From positions 3,744,149 to 3,808,148 of the forward strand of contig JBFWNU010000001.1 in NCBI GenBank assembly GCA_050250895.1: a stretch of DNA of 64,000 bases, given 5' to 3'. Shown here in pieces: positions 1 to 9,848 of the stretch (position 1 is its first letter; each line of letters starts with the position of its first letter). The notes under the pieces are model-generated. The model worked only from the letters and a program-made list of their open reading frames with translations. It made no database searches and was not told the origin of the DNA. The DNA is from Vulcanimicrobiota bacterium (GTDB lineage: Bacteria > Vulcanimicrobiota > Xenobia > Xenobiales > JADMJV01). A program made the translations under genes and the position numbers.

Positions 1-1184
1 CTGATGTAGTGATAGCCCATCTCTTTGTCGATGAGCTCCCAGGTGAGGGGGGCCCAGCCGTAGGTGCGGGCGTGGTGGAGGATGCCGCGGGACTTGAAGT
101 CTTTGTAGAGATTCATCATCTCGGTGAAGGCCGCCCGGCGCTTGAGGCGGGCACGGGCCTCTTTTTGCGCCGTCTGCCAGAACTCGCTATCAAAGGTCGA
201 ACCGCCCTGATAATAATAGGTGATCACGTCTTCCATTTCGTTGACGGCCTGGACGAACTGCCGGTTACACTCGTCGGCGGGCACGTTGTTGACGATGAAA
301 TCATAGAACAGGCGGGCTGCGAAGATGTAGAGGAAAATCGAGTTGGCCACCAGGGGCTCGAAGAACAGGGCTTTGTTACCGTTGCGAGCGATACGGCCAC
401 TGATCATGTGGTTGCTGTAATAGCACTTGAACCGGTACTCTTTCTCTTCGGCCTCTTTGGTCTCGAGGACTTCGGCTTCGAGGAGCTCGCGCATGGAGGC
501 TGAGGCCACCTCTTTCGGGGTGATTTTGTCGTTGTACATGTAGCCATAGGTCTTGCGTGACTTCAGCGGCACTCCGAACATCCAACCGTGCTCGGTAGCG
601 ATGTGGTCGGTGTAGGGCTCATAGTCGAAGTCGGTGACGCTGTGGATCAAGCAGCGGTTGACCGGCGAGCAGTCGCTGATGGTATAGCCAGAATAGTCTG
701 CGGGAAAGCCCATGCAGTCGACGATATAGTCGAATTCGTGGTCGACTCCGTCGATGTTGACGGTCACTCCGTTGCTGTGGCTCATCAGCGACTTGACATC
801 GCCTTCCATCACCTTGAACTTCTCGGGCCAAATTTCGGGCAGCCGCTCGTAGCAGAGATCTTTGAGACGAAAGTTGTTGAAGTGGATGGCGATGTTGCCG
901 TCGAGCAACGGGTTGACCCAGCCCTGGCCGCGCCACTTCGTGAACTTGCTGCCGAACTTCAGGGTGGCGTCGAGCTTCTCCAGGTCGTTGGCCAGCGAGA
1001 AGTGCAGACCCCGCTCGAGCACACCGACGAAGCCGCCGTTGGTGCTTTCTCCGATGCCGATGATCTTCTTGGCTGGATTGTGGATCGATACGACATCCCA
1101 CTCGTTGGACAGCCAGGTGCAGAAATGGGTCAGGGTCAACAGGCCTGCGCTTCCAACTCCGATAACACCAATTCTCTTCTTCAT
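1..1184 (-). CDS. Tryptophan-halogenase-family flavin-dependent protein (3' end beyond window edge)
   Basis: Absent from ORF track; translated by hand from ATG 1184: MKRRIGVIGVGSAG (GxGxxG), IGIGEST, DATLKFG, DCMGF, GWMFGVPL, FFEPL. Open to position 1. Confidence 0.8.
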   Translation of the reverse strand, partial: MKKRIGVIGVGSAGLLTLTHFCTWLSNEWDVVSIHNPAKKIIGIGESTNGGFVGVLERGLHFSLANDLEKLDATLKFGSKFTKWRGQGWVNPLLDGNIAIHFNNFRLKDLCYERLPEIWPEKFKVMEGDVKSLMSHSNGVTVNIDGVDHEFDYIVDCMGFPADYSGYTISDCSPVNRCLIHSVTDFDYEPYTDHIATEHGWMFGVPLKSRKTYGYMYNDKITPKEVASASMRELLEAEVLETKEAEEKEYRFKCYYSNHMISGRIARNGNKALFFEPLVANSIFLYIFAARLFYDFIVNNVPADECNRQFVQAVNEMEDVITYYYQGGSTFDSEFWQTAQKEARARLKRRAAFTEMMNLYKDFKSRGILHHARTYGWAPLTWELIDKEMGYHYI

Positions 1185-1454
1185 CGCAATCACTCGCCCT
1201 AACGCTGGTTTGAGGACTTGCTCCCCACGGGTTTCCGCTTCTCGGAAGTTCCAGCGGGCTCCTTCCCGCCCATCCGGGGCGCCCGTAGCCCGGCCAGGTC
1301 CGCGAGAGAATACGGAGCCATGAGGTAAGCCGTCTCAGGGAAGAGGACCGAGCGCGCTAACTTTGGGTGAACCGAGCGCACCACCACCAGGTTATCGGGC
1401 CATTCCTTGGATTCCAGGGCGCGGTTCAGGTCCACGTGGCCGCGGCCACGGGCG

Positions 1455-2018
1455 CTAGGTTTTGGTGCGGTTGGAACGCAGACGAAGAATACCCAGCACC
1501 AGCAGGATGATGGTGGCTAACCCCGTGGTCGCCGCAATGGCCAGACCGTTCATGACCAGGGCGAAGATTTCCGAGTCCATCCGGTCCGAGACGGCCAGCT
1601 GGGCCGGCGGCTGGTCGGGTTCAGAGGTGCCCTCCAGGCGGTAGTCGCCCGGGTTAGAGACATCGAAGCTGAAGACGCTGCGACCGGTGCGGTCACCGAA
1701 GCTATAGGTCGTGGTCCCTCGCGGGGGGGTCAAGGCAATGTCCTTGCCTTCGGGACCGGTGACCGTCAGTTCGTAGCCGTTGAAGTTGGCGTACTCGTCG
1801 CGGGTCTCATAGAAGATCGTGTAGGTGCCCGGTCGCTCGAGATGCAGGGTCGTGCTGCCGGGAATGGCCGCTGGCATGAGGCTCTCGCCCAGGCCCATGA
1901 TGCCGTGCCAGAGGCTGTAAGCGAAGAAGGCAAGACCGCCGACTGCAACCAGGCCTGAAAAGACGAGAAGAGCGATGCCGAGGGGATCTTTAGGCTTGCG
2001 TTCTTCCATCCTGGCCAA
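1455..2018 (-). CDS. Hypothetical membrane protein (two TM helices flanking a soluble beta domain)
   Basis: 187 aa ORF with N- and C-terminal hydrophobic segments. Confidence 0.7.
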   Translation of the reverse strand: MARMEERKPKDPLGIALLVFSGLVAVGGLAFFAYSLWHGIMGLGESLMPAAIPGSTTLHLERPGTYTIFYETRDEYANFNGYELTVTGPEGKDIALTPPRGTTTYSFGDRTGRSVFSFDVSNPGDYRLEGTSEPDQPPAQLAVSDRMDSEIFALVMNGLAIAATTGLATIILLVLGILRLRSNRTKT

Positions 2019-2079
2019 TTCGCGAAGGCCGGCCAGATCCCTAGAGAGGGAAATGCCGTCGTTAGACTAAGCCTGGGCG

Positions 2080-2967
2080 ATGCGGTCTGTTCTTCGCTGG
2101 GGGATTTATTGCTGGTTGCTGTCAGGCCTGGCCTGGGCTCAGGCACCCGACTACAGCGGCATGGCCGAAATGCCCGGCCGCTTCACCTATTTCGTGGTGC
2201 ACGACACCAAGGCTGGCGTCGAGCCGCCCTGGGCCGCTCGGGTGGGAGTGCTGCGCCTGTCCAAAGACGGCAAACCCAACTACCAGTCGCTCAACATCAC
2301 CAACTGGGGCCCAGGCCAGGAGTTGCCCAACGATATCGAATGTTGCTGCCCGTTGCCGGGGCGTGCCGGCGAGTTTTTGGTGGCGGAAAGCGGCTACTAT
2401 CATGGACGCTTCGGCCGGATATTCCGCCTGCGGGTTCAGCGCGTGCCCGGCTCTGAACTCTATTTCGGTGAAGTCCTGGGCCATTTTCAGTTCGACCAGC
2501 CGGGGGCCGACGGCGATACCGAGGATGCGCGTCAGCTCGAGGGGATCGCGTGTATCGAGCAAGACGGTCAGCTCATACTGGTGCTGGGGCGCCGGGGGGG
2601 CAACGGTCAGCCCGGCGAACTGATCTGGGGACCGCTGGCCCTCGACCCGATGCGCTTTGGCCCTACCCAGGTGCGAGCGCTCGACCTTGGCGACCACCGC
2701 TTGCGGGCCTGCAGCGACCTGCTCTGGCATCGGGGCGAACTGCTCTGCGTGGCCAGCTACGACCCGGGCAACCTGGGACCGTTTCAATCTTTCGTCTACT
2801 CGCTGGGAAAACGCGATTGGCAGGTCGATCCCCAACGCCTGTGGGTGCTCGACGGCTTGAAGGTCGAAGCCCTGGCTCCCTGCTCGCTGCCAGGTAGCGA
2901 ACTGTGCGTGGGGACCGACGACGAGGATTATCAGGGGATCTGGCGACCGCTGGGGGAGAGACCCTGA
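2080..2967 (+). CDS. Secreted hypothetical protein (possible beta-propeller)
   Basis: Signal peptide ending AWA; stop overlaps next start (TGATG). Confidence 0.7.
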   Translation: MRSVLRWGIYCWLLSGLAWAQAPDYSGMAEMPGRFTYFVVHDTKAGVEPPWAARVGVLRLSKDGKPNYQSLNITNWGPGQELPNDIECCCPLPGRAGEFLVAESGYYHGRFGRIFRLRVQRVPGSELYFGEVLGHFQFDQPGADGDTEDARQLEGIACIEQDGQLILVLGRRGGNGQPGELIWGPLALDPMRFGPTQVRALDLGDHRLRACSDLLWHRGELLCVASYDPGNLGPFQSFVYSLGKRDWQVDPQRLWVLDGLKVEALAPCSLPGSELCVGTDDEDYQGIWRPLGERP

Positions 2968-4292
2968 TGTGGGCGGTGGCCTTCATCGTCTTGCTCGTCT
3001 CGGCTAACGCGCTGTTTGTGGCGGCCGAGTTTTCGACCGTGGCCTCACGCAAGACCCGGCTGGCCTCGATGGCCGAGCGGGGCGACAAGACCGCCGGTTG
3101 GCTGCTGGGCGTGGTCGGTGACTCGGTGCGACTCGACCGCTATGTGGCTGCGGCTCAGCTGGGCATCACCTTGTCGAGTCTGGTGCTGGGCTTTTACGGG
3201 CAGACCCGGCTGGCGGTGCGACTCGAGCCCTATGCTCAGGCGGCCGGCCTGCCCGAGGGTTCGGTGACGGCGGCGACGGCCACCGCCGTGTTACTGGTGT
3301 TGACCGGGCTGCAGGTGATTTTTGGCGAGCTCTTACCCAAGTCGCTGGGGTTGCAGTTTCCCGAGCAACTGGCCAGGCTGGCTTCCTACCCCATGCGGGC
3401 GGCCACCAGCTTGATGAGTCCCCTGATCAGCTTCTTCAACGGCAGCGCCCGCCTGCTGATGAAATTGCTGCGCCTGCCCGAGCACAGCGGTCACGGCCAT
3501 CTCCATTCGGCTGACGAGATTCGGATGCTGGTGGGCGAGAGCAAGACCGGCGGCGTGCTCGACGAGGTCGAGTCGCAGTTGCTCGACAACGCTTTGCGGG
3601 TGCGTAACTACACCGCGCACCAGGCCATGGTTCCGCGCAATCGCCTGACCATGGCCTCGGTCGACACGCCCCTTTCAGAATTGCTGAAGTTGGTAGCCGA
3701 GTCTCCGTTCTCGCGCCTGCCGGTCTATCAAGACTCTCCTGACAAGGTGGTAGGAGTGGTCCATATCAAAGACCTGCTCGCCAACAGCCGAGCTGCCGAG
3801 CCGAGACCGGTGAGCGAACTCGTGCGGGAGGCCCCGGCGGTCCCCCACACTTTGACGGTCAAGAAGCTCATGGCCCGGCTGCAAAAGGACCACTTTCACA
3901 TGGCGGTAGTGCTCGACGAGTATGGCGGCACTGCCGGAATCGTCACGCTCGAGGACTTGCTCGAACGGATCTTCGGCGATTTCCAGGATGAGTATGACCC
4001 GGTGGCTTTTCCGCTGCGAATGGTCGGCGAGCGAATCGAAGTGTCCGGCTCGGCCTTGCTCGAGGAACTCAACAGCTGGTTCGACCTGGCCCTTTCCAGC
4101 CTCAAGTCCGACACTCTGGCCGGACTGATGCTTGAGCACCTGGGGCGGCTGGCCAGGGTGGGTGACGAGGTTCCGCTCGGAGGGTTGTCTTTTCGGGTCG
4201 ACCAGCTGCGCGACAGAGCCCTCGAGAAGGTATCGATCCCAGCCGATCACAACCTGGTCCAACGCTTGCGCAAGAGGGGGTTGCTGTCGTGA
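2967..4292 (+). CDS. HlyC/CorC (CNNM-CBS-CorC) family transporter
   Basis: NALFVAAEFS, QLGIT, GELLPK, FSRLPVY, VLDEYGGTAGIVTLEDLLE. Confidence 0.92.
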   Translation: MWAVAFIVLLVSANALFVAAEFSTVASRKTRLASMAERGDKTAGWLLGVVGDSVRLDRYVAAAQLGITLSSLVLGFYGQTRLAVRLEPYAQAAGLPEGSVTAATATAVLLVLTGLQVIFGELLPKSLGLQFPEQLARLASYPMRAATSLMSPLISFFNGSARLLMKLLRLPEHSGHGHLHSADEIRMLVGESKTGGVLDEVESQLLDNALRVRNYTAHQAMVPRNRLTMASVDTPLSELLKLVAESPFSRLPVYQDSPDKVVGVVHIKDLLANSRAAEPRPVSELVREAPAVPHTLTVKKLMARLQKDHFHMAVVLDEYGGTAGIVTLEDLLERIFGDFQDEYDPVAFPLRMVGERIEVSGSALLEELNSWFDLALSSLKSDTLAGLMLEHLGRLARVGDEVPLGGLSFRVDQLRDRALEKVSIPADHNLVQRLRKRGLLS

Positions 4293-5560
4293 TCGCCTTT
4301 CTCGCTATCGTCATCCTGGTGTTGCTCAACGGCATCTTCGTGGCCGCCGAGTTCGCCATTGTAGGTGCCTCCAAGACCCGGCTGGCGACCATGGCTGAAG
4401 AGGGTGACACCGCGGCCCTCAAAGTGTTGGCCATCCGTCGCGACGACGACCGCATGAATCGCTACATCGCTACCGCCCAGGTCGGCATCACGGTGGTTAG
4501 TCTGGGCCTGGGAATGGTGGGCGAGCCGGCTCTGGCCGAAGGCCTGGCCCACCTCTTCCATCGCGACCATCACGAGGCCTGGTTGACCCTGGTGGCCATC
4601 TTGTTGCTCACTTACCCTCACGTGGTGGTGGGCGAAATGGTGCCCAAGGCCCTGGCCTTGCAGTCGGCCATCCGCACGGCCATCGTTCTGCGTCCTCTGA
4701 TGGCCCTGGTCGAGAAAGTCTTCCTGCCGCTGGTCGTGGCTCTCAACGGCATGGGCAACCTGTTGCTCCGATTGTTGCGGGTGCCGCCGGCCGACGAAAG
4801 CCGGCACCTCTTCTCTCCCGAAGAGATCGAGATGGTGGTCAAAGAGAGCCGCGAGGGGGGGCTGGTAGGGGCCTCCGAAGAGCTGATGGTCGAGAACATT
4901 TTCGACCTGTCCGAGCGCACCGCCGGGGACGTGATGACGCCCCGCACCAGAGTGATGGGGATGGAGCGCGATTTGACCCTCTCCCAAGCCCTGGACCGCG
5001 TTTGTGAAACAGGCTATTCTCGGCATCCCGTCTACGGCGAGAGCCTGGATCATATCGACGGTATTCTCTATACCAAAGACCTGGCTCGCCACGTGGTGGC
5101 CCGGGGCGAGCAGGGAGACCTGAGCGAACTGCTTCGGCCCGCGCGCCATGTGCCTGCCTCCACCGGGTTGGAAGAGTTGCTCGAAATCTTTCGCCGCGAA
5201 CACCTGCAGTTGGCGGTGGTGCTCGACGAATACGGAGGGACAGCCGGGCTGGTCAGTCTGGAAGACGTCTTTGAGGAAGTGATCGGAGAGATTCAAGACG
5301 AGTTCGACCAGGAGGTGGACCCGATCGCGCGTCAGGAGGACGGCAGCTACCTGGTCCGCGGCGACGTGTTGCTCGAAGAGTTGACCCAGCACCTCGGCCG
5401 CTCCTTCGACCATCCCAGCGTCAAGACGCTGGGTGGGTTGGTGCTGGAACTCAAAGCGAACGTGCCGGTGGTGGGCGACATCCTGGAGTGGGAAGGTGTC
5501 AAGCTCGAAGTGATGGCGACTCAGCGCAAGGGAGCGGGGCTTGTTCGACTAATCCTCTAG
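4289..5560 (+). CDS. HlyC/CorC (CNNM-CBS-CorC) family transporter, tandem paralog
   Basis: NGIFVAAEFA, GEMVPK, YSRHPVY, VLDEYGGTAGLVSLED; GTGA overlap with upstream gene. Confidence 0.92.
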   Translation: MIAFLAIVILVLLNGIFVAAEFAIVGASKTRLATMAEEGDTAALKVLAIRRDDDRMNRYIATAQVGITVVSLGLGMVGEPALAEGLAHLFHRDHHEAWLTLVAILLLTYPHVVVGEMVPKALALQSAIRTAIVLRPLMALVEKVFLPLVVALNGMGNLLLRLLRVPPADESRHLFSPEEIEMVVKESREGGLVGASEELMVENIFDLSERTAGDVMTPRTRVMGMERDLTLSQALDRVCETGYSRHPVYGESLDHIDGILYTKDLARHVVARGEQGDLSELLRPARHVPASTGLEELLEIFRREHLQLAVVLDEYGGTAGLVSLEDVFEEVIGEIQDEFDQEVDPIARQEDGSYLVRGDVLLEELTQHLGRSFDHPSVKTLGGLVLELKANVPVVGDILEWEGVKLEVMATQRKGAGLVRLIL

Positions 5561-5562
5561 GT

Positions 5563-7665
5563 ATGACCGAGCGACGGCATCAGGCACTGATGGGCCTGCT
5601 GACTCGACTGAGTCGGGCCCAGACCGAGCGCGAGGCCTATCATGAGGTCGCGCGGGCGTTGGCCTTTCTCACTGCGGTGGCGCGAGTCAGCCTGGCCGTT
5701 GTTTGTCCCGACGGGCAATCGGTCGAGGTCATCGCTCTGTCGGGCTGTGCGGCCGAACTGCCTCAGGGCAAGATTCTGCCGCTGGAGCATACGGCCATGG
5801 CCCGCGCACTTGAGCTCCGGCGTAGTTACGCCTGGCGGATCGGCTCCCACCCCGAATTTCTCGAGAACGACCTCCTGGCCGACCCGGGTCTGCGCGAAGC
5901 GATCAATTTTCCCCTGATCGTGGGAGAGAGCGCCATCGGGACCCTCAACCTGGCAGGCGGCAGCCTGCACCAGAACGACCTGCATACCGCCTACGAGGTT
6001 GCCGCCATGCTGGCAGCGACCCTGGAACGGTTGAAACTGGTGCGCCGGCTGGCCGTGGAACTGGAAGCCGAACAGGTCTACATCAAGAAGCTCGAGGTGC
6101 TCTCGGAGCTGTCTGCCAAGCTCTCCGGTGCAACCTCAAGAGACGAGGCGTTCCGGCTCGTCTTCGAGCGCCTGGGTCGTATCCTACCGGTGGGCCGAAT
6201 GAGTATCGTCTCGTTGAGTGGTCCAGACGAGGTGACGGTGGTGTTGGTCGATGGCCATCAGGCCGTGCCCGTGGGATCTCGTATACCCCCCAGCGCGGTT
6301 GGCTTGTCGCCGCTGGTGAACCAGGCGCGCCCGGTTTTCTTACCCGACCTGTCGAAGTCTTCGTCTCCGGTCCATCAGACCCTGGTCAAAGCGGGCTTTC
6401 GCTGCGCCGCCTCGCTGCCGTTGATAGCCTTGGGAAAGGTGGTGGGAGCTCTCAATCTGGCCTCTTGCGATCCCGACTTGCTGGCTCCCAAGTCCAAGGG
6501 TCTGCTCCAGGTTGTCGGTGTGGGACTGGGAGCGACCATCGAGCGGGTGGCCGCCGAAGACCGTCTGCGCGAGGCTCAAAAGCTCGAGAGCCTGGGGGTG
6601 CTCTCGGGTGGTCTGGCGCACGATTTCAACAACCTGCTGGGGGTGGCCCTGGGCAATCTGAGCCTGGTGCAAGACAGCCTTAGCTCGGAGCATCCTCTCC
6701 AGGCCGAGCTTGGTTGCATCCAGCAGGCCATCGAGAAAGGGGCAGGCCTGACGCGCCAGATGCTCGCCTACGCCGGCAAGTCGACTCCCGAGACCTCGGT
6801 GGTGGATCTCAACCAGGCCGTGCTCGATCTTTCCGGGATGATGTCACCCACTCTGGGCAAGACGGTCGAGCTGCGGTGCGAGTTGAGCCAGCCCGGCCCC
6901 ACGGTGATGGGCGACTCTTCCCAACTGCAACAGGTCCTCTTCAACCTCATCACCAATGCCCGTGAAGCCATCAATGGACAGGGCATCATAACCCTCAAAG
7001 TGGACACTCTGAGCGTGAGCGCCGACGGCGGCTGGCAAGTCGAACCCGGACGCTATGCCTGGATCAGCTGTCAGGACACGGGCTGTGGCATCGCGCCCCA
7101 GCACCTCGACCGAGTCTTTGACCCGTTCTTCACGACCAAGGCTCGCGGCAGCGGCCTGGGTCTGTCGACCGTGCTGGGGGTCGTGCGTTCCCACAAAGGA
7201 GATCTGCGGGTGCGCTCGCAACCCGGTCAGGGCTGCCTGGTCGAGGTTCTGCTGCCGATGGTCACCGAAGCGCCTCGCCAGGTGACCGGCTCCGGCCCGC
7301 TGGTCTACGTGGTGGACGACGAGCAGCAACTGCTGAGAGTAGCCAGCCGCATGCTCGAACGACTGGGGTTCGAGGTATGCACCGCCAGCGACGGTCAGGA
7401 GTTGCTCGATCGTTTGGTCGAAGAGACCCGCCCGGTGGCGGCTGTCTTGATGGACCTCTCCATGCCGCGTATGGGAGGCCTCGAGGCTTCGCGCCGCTTG
7501 TTCGAATCGCGAGGCGAAGTGCCCATCGTGCTCATGAGTGGTTACGATCGCGAGGACAGCCTGCGCGACGGAGTGCAACCCAACGTCAAGAACTTCCTGG
7601 CCAAGCCGTTTCGTCTGGAAGGGTTGCGGGCGGCCATGCAGGCCGCTGTAGAACTACCGGTCTAG
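5563..7665 (+). CDS. Hybrid sensor histidine kinase (2x GAF, HisKA, HATPase, receiver)
   Basis: LAHDFNNLL H-box, NLITNA, FDPFFTTK, GSGLGLS, receiver VVDDE...MDLSMP. Confidence 0.92.
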   Translation: MTERRHQALMGLLTRLSRAQTEREAYHEVARALAFLTAVARVSLAVVCPDGQSVEVIALSGCAAELPQGKILPLEHTAMARALELRRSYAWRIGSHPEFLENDLLADPGLREAINFPLIVGESAIGTLNLAGGSLHQNDLHTAYEVAAMLAATLERLKLVRRLAVELEAEQVYIKKLEVLSELSAKLSGATSRDEAFRLVFERLGRILPVGRMSIVSLSGPDEVTVVLVDGHQAVPVGSRIPPSAVGLSPLVNQARPVFLPDLSKSSSPVHQTLVKAGFRCAASLPLIALGKVVGALNLASCDPDLLAPKSKGLLQVVGVGLGATIERVAAEDRLREAQKLESLGVLSGGLAHDFNNLLGVALGNLSLVQDSLSSEHPLQAELGCIQQAIEKGAGLTRQMLAYAGKSTPETSVVDLNQAVLDLSGMMSPTLGKTVELRCELSQPGPTVMGDSSQLQQVLFNLITNAREAINGQGIITLKVDTLSVSADGGWQVEPGRYAWISCQDTGCGIAPQHLDRVFDPFFTTKARGSGLGLSTVLGVVRSHKGDLRVRSQPGQGCLVEVLLPMVTEAPRQVTGSGPLVYVVDDEQQLLRVASRMLERLGFEVCTASDGQELLDRLVEETRPVAAVLMDLSMPRMGGLEASRRLFESRGEVPIVLMSGYDREDSLRDGVQPNVKNFLAKPFRLEGLRAAMQAAVELPV

Positions 7666-8294
7666 TCTTTACTCTGGTCTAATCCCGGGCTCGAGTGTCC
7701 GAAGCCGGCGCCGGTTTCCTGGCCGGCCTCGGCACCCAGGTTTTGGCCGTTGACAGCGATCCGCTCGAAGCCATCGGCCACGTATTGGCTCTGACCCTCG
7801 CCTTCCTTGTGCAGGACCTTTCCCTCCGAGTCCTTGAGGGTGAAGTTCTGGGAGCCGATGTGCAAGAAGTCCTTGCCTTCTCCGCCCTGGAAGCTGGCCT
7901 GGTTGTTGCCCTGGTCGGAGTCGAAACCGTCGTAGAAAACCTGGTCGTCGCCGGGGCCGGTGTCGACGGAGGCTTTATTCTTCCCTTTGCCGGGCAGGAC
8001 CGTCACGTCGTCGTTTCCGCCGCCGGTCTTGACGTCGAAGTTGGTGTCGCCGTCGCCACCCTGCAACTCCACCGAGGTGTCTGTGGTTGGCTTGTCGGGC
8101 TTGGGCGCGAAGCCGTTGGCCAGGCCCGCCGCCAGCGCCTGGCCATTATTCGAGGGCGCCTCGGACTTGCCCGAGGGCTTGGCCGGCTGGGATTGGGTCG
8201 AAACCCGCGGCTTGGATTGGCAACGCTGGCGGGGATGAAGGACCTGGGCTGCGCGTTGAAAGAGCGGTGTGTGTGAGCGTTCGATGAGAGGCAC
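7662..8294 (-). CDS. Hypothetical protein with Gly/Asp RTX-like calcium-binding motifs
   Basis: GGDGDT, GGGNDD, GPGDDQ, GGEGKD motifs after a Pro/Ser-rich N-terminus. Confidence 0.6.
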   Translation of the reverse strand: MPLIERSHTPLFQRAAQVLHPRQRCQSKPRVSTQSQPAKPSGKSEAPSNNGQALAAGLANGFAPKPDKPTTDTSVELQGGDGDTNFDVKTGGGNDDVTVLPGKGKNKASVDTGPGDDQVFYDGFDSDQGNNQASFQGGEGKDFLHIGSQNFTLKDSEGKVLHKEGEGQSQYVADGFERIAVNGQNLGAEAGQETGAGFGHSSPGLDQSKD

Positions 8295-8394
8295 TAGCTA
8301 TCTCCTGTGTTGTGTGTGCCTCTAGCATAGCCTGTGAGGACCGAGCCGGTAGGGGGACAGATGTTAAGAAAATACGGACTTTCTTAAGGGTTTG

Positions 8395-8979
8395 TTAATT
8401 GCGGGTAGCGAGTCCCGCACGAATCTCCAAGCGATGGTCCTGGCGGTTGCGACTGCGGGGGATGGAGAAAATCAGGCGAAACACGGCTTGACCCGGCACA
8501 GGAGCCAGGAACTCGGCCTGGTCGAGCTGCCGGGCCAACACGCGACCTCCGCTGAGATAAGTCGAGAGCGGCTGGGGGCCGCTGCCGAAGTCATGTTCTT
8601 CGATGGGCTCGACCGTCGAAGGGATGGCCACCGGCAGTCTCCGCAGGTGCAGTTCCGAGCCTTGCTGGAAGAACACCAGATAGGCTTGCCAGACCGGGTT
8701 GCCCTGGTCGTCGCGAACGACGTGGCCGTCGGCGTCGCGATGGGTCAACAACGAGATCGCCTCGGGGGCCACCGTGAGGCTGTCCCAGTCGGTCTCGCGC
8801 CCGGCCCGCTTGATGGCCTCTTTGGCCACCGAGGCCTGGTTGCGGATGTCACTTTCGGCCCCCGAGGTCACGAAGGCTTCGGCGCTGGTCTCGAAGATGA
8901 AAAAGACCGTGGTCAGCAAGATGGCCAACAAAGCCACGGCCAGGACCATCTCGAGCAGAGTCAGACCCCTTCGTCTCAC
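8395..8979 (-). CDS. Prepilin-type N-terminal cleavage/methylation protein (PilW/GspJ-like)
   Basis: RRRG-LTLLEMVLAVALLAIL class III signal. Confidence 0.85.
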   Translation of the reverse strand: MRRRGLTLLEMVLAVALLAILLTTVFFIFETSAEAFVTSGAESDIRNQASVAKEAIKRAGRETDWDSLTVAPEAISLLTHRDADGHVVRDDQGNPVWQAYLVFFQQGSELHLRRLPVAIPSTVEPIEEHDFGSGPQPLSTYLSGGRVLARQLDQAEFLAPVPGQAVFRLIFSIPRSRNRQDHRLEIRAGLATRN

Positions 8980-9377
8980 GGCTGCAGTAGCGACTCCAGT
9001 TTCACCCGACTCTGGGCGGCCCAGGCCACTTCGACCAGTACGGCCACCCCCGCCGGGTCGGCGGCGGTGGTCACTTTGATGTCATATCGCTGACCGTCGA
9101 CTGCCAACGACGGGTAGGGGGCGGGTGGAAATCCGGTAGCCGCGTCCGGTGGCTGATTGGCGGCGCCATCGAAGCTGAACCCGACGGGTATGTCGCTTAG
9201 ACCACGGCTCTCTTCGAGCACTTCGTTGGCGATCTCGTTGGCCTGCGACATCTGGTTCGAATTGCGCAGCAAGCGCAGGCCGCTGCCGAACAGGCCCAGC
9301 AGTCCTAAAATGGCGATGGCCACCACGCCGATGGCCAACATCACTTCCAGGAGGGTCAGCCCTCTTATTCGTTCCAC
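8976..9377 (-). CDS. Prepilin-type protein (PilV/GspI-like)
   Basis: IRG-LTLLEVMLAIGVVAIAIL class III signal. Confidence 0.85.
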   Translation of the reverse strand: MERIRGLTLLEVMLAIGVVAIAILGLLGLFGSGLRLLRNSNQMSQANEIANEVLEESRGLSDIPVGFSFDGAANQPPDAATGFPPAPYPSLAVDGQRYDIKVTTAADPAGVAVLVEVAWAAQSRVKLESLLQP

Positions 9378-9846
9378 GTCTTGACCTGGAGTTTCCCGTA
9401 GATGATCAGGGAGTTGGTGCCGGGTTCGAACAGGTCCTCGAGATAGGTTACCCGGCTGCCTCCGTGCAGGTAGACGTTGCCCTTGCCGGGGGCGCCATCG
9501 GCCACGACGGCGCCGTTCACCACCAGTTCATGGTCGACGGTGAGGTTGCCGTTGGTATAGACCAGGCCCTCAAAGAAGGCGTGGCCGACGCGTTCCGAGT
9601 CGAAATTGCTGGCCAGATTGCGGACCGCCAGCAAAAGAGCGATATCCTCGGGCTTGCTGGGGTCGACCATGTCGAGAACGGCGTCGACCGCGTGAGCGAT
9701 GTTCATGTCCGGGCTGGCGCGGAACGTGTCGAGCGTCGGGATCTTCTCTGCGTCTGGCAGCCCTCCGAAGAAGTTTCGCAGGTTCGTCACCTTGGCCAGA
9801 GCGAAGCAATTCCCCGCCTCGACATACCTTTGATGGTAACAGAAAT
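9365..9846 (-). pseudogene. C-terminal remnant of a PilX-like/pilus-associated protein
   Basis: FEGLVYTNGNLTV...VNGAVVA beta-helix-like tail directly upstream of two pilins; no convincing start, abuts the tamB stop. Confidence 0.5.
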
Positions 9847-9848
9847 TT

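Noticed and set aside
9-1202. Plus-strand ORFs 9-503 and 588-1202
   Set aside because: Antisense shadows of the minus-strand halogenase-like gene.
1199-1435. 78-aa minus-strand ORF
   Set aside because: No recognisable motif or RBS; possibly a remnant.
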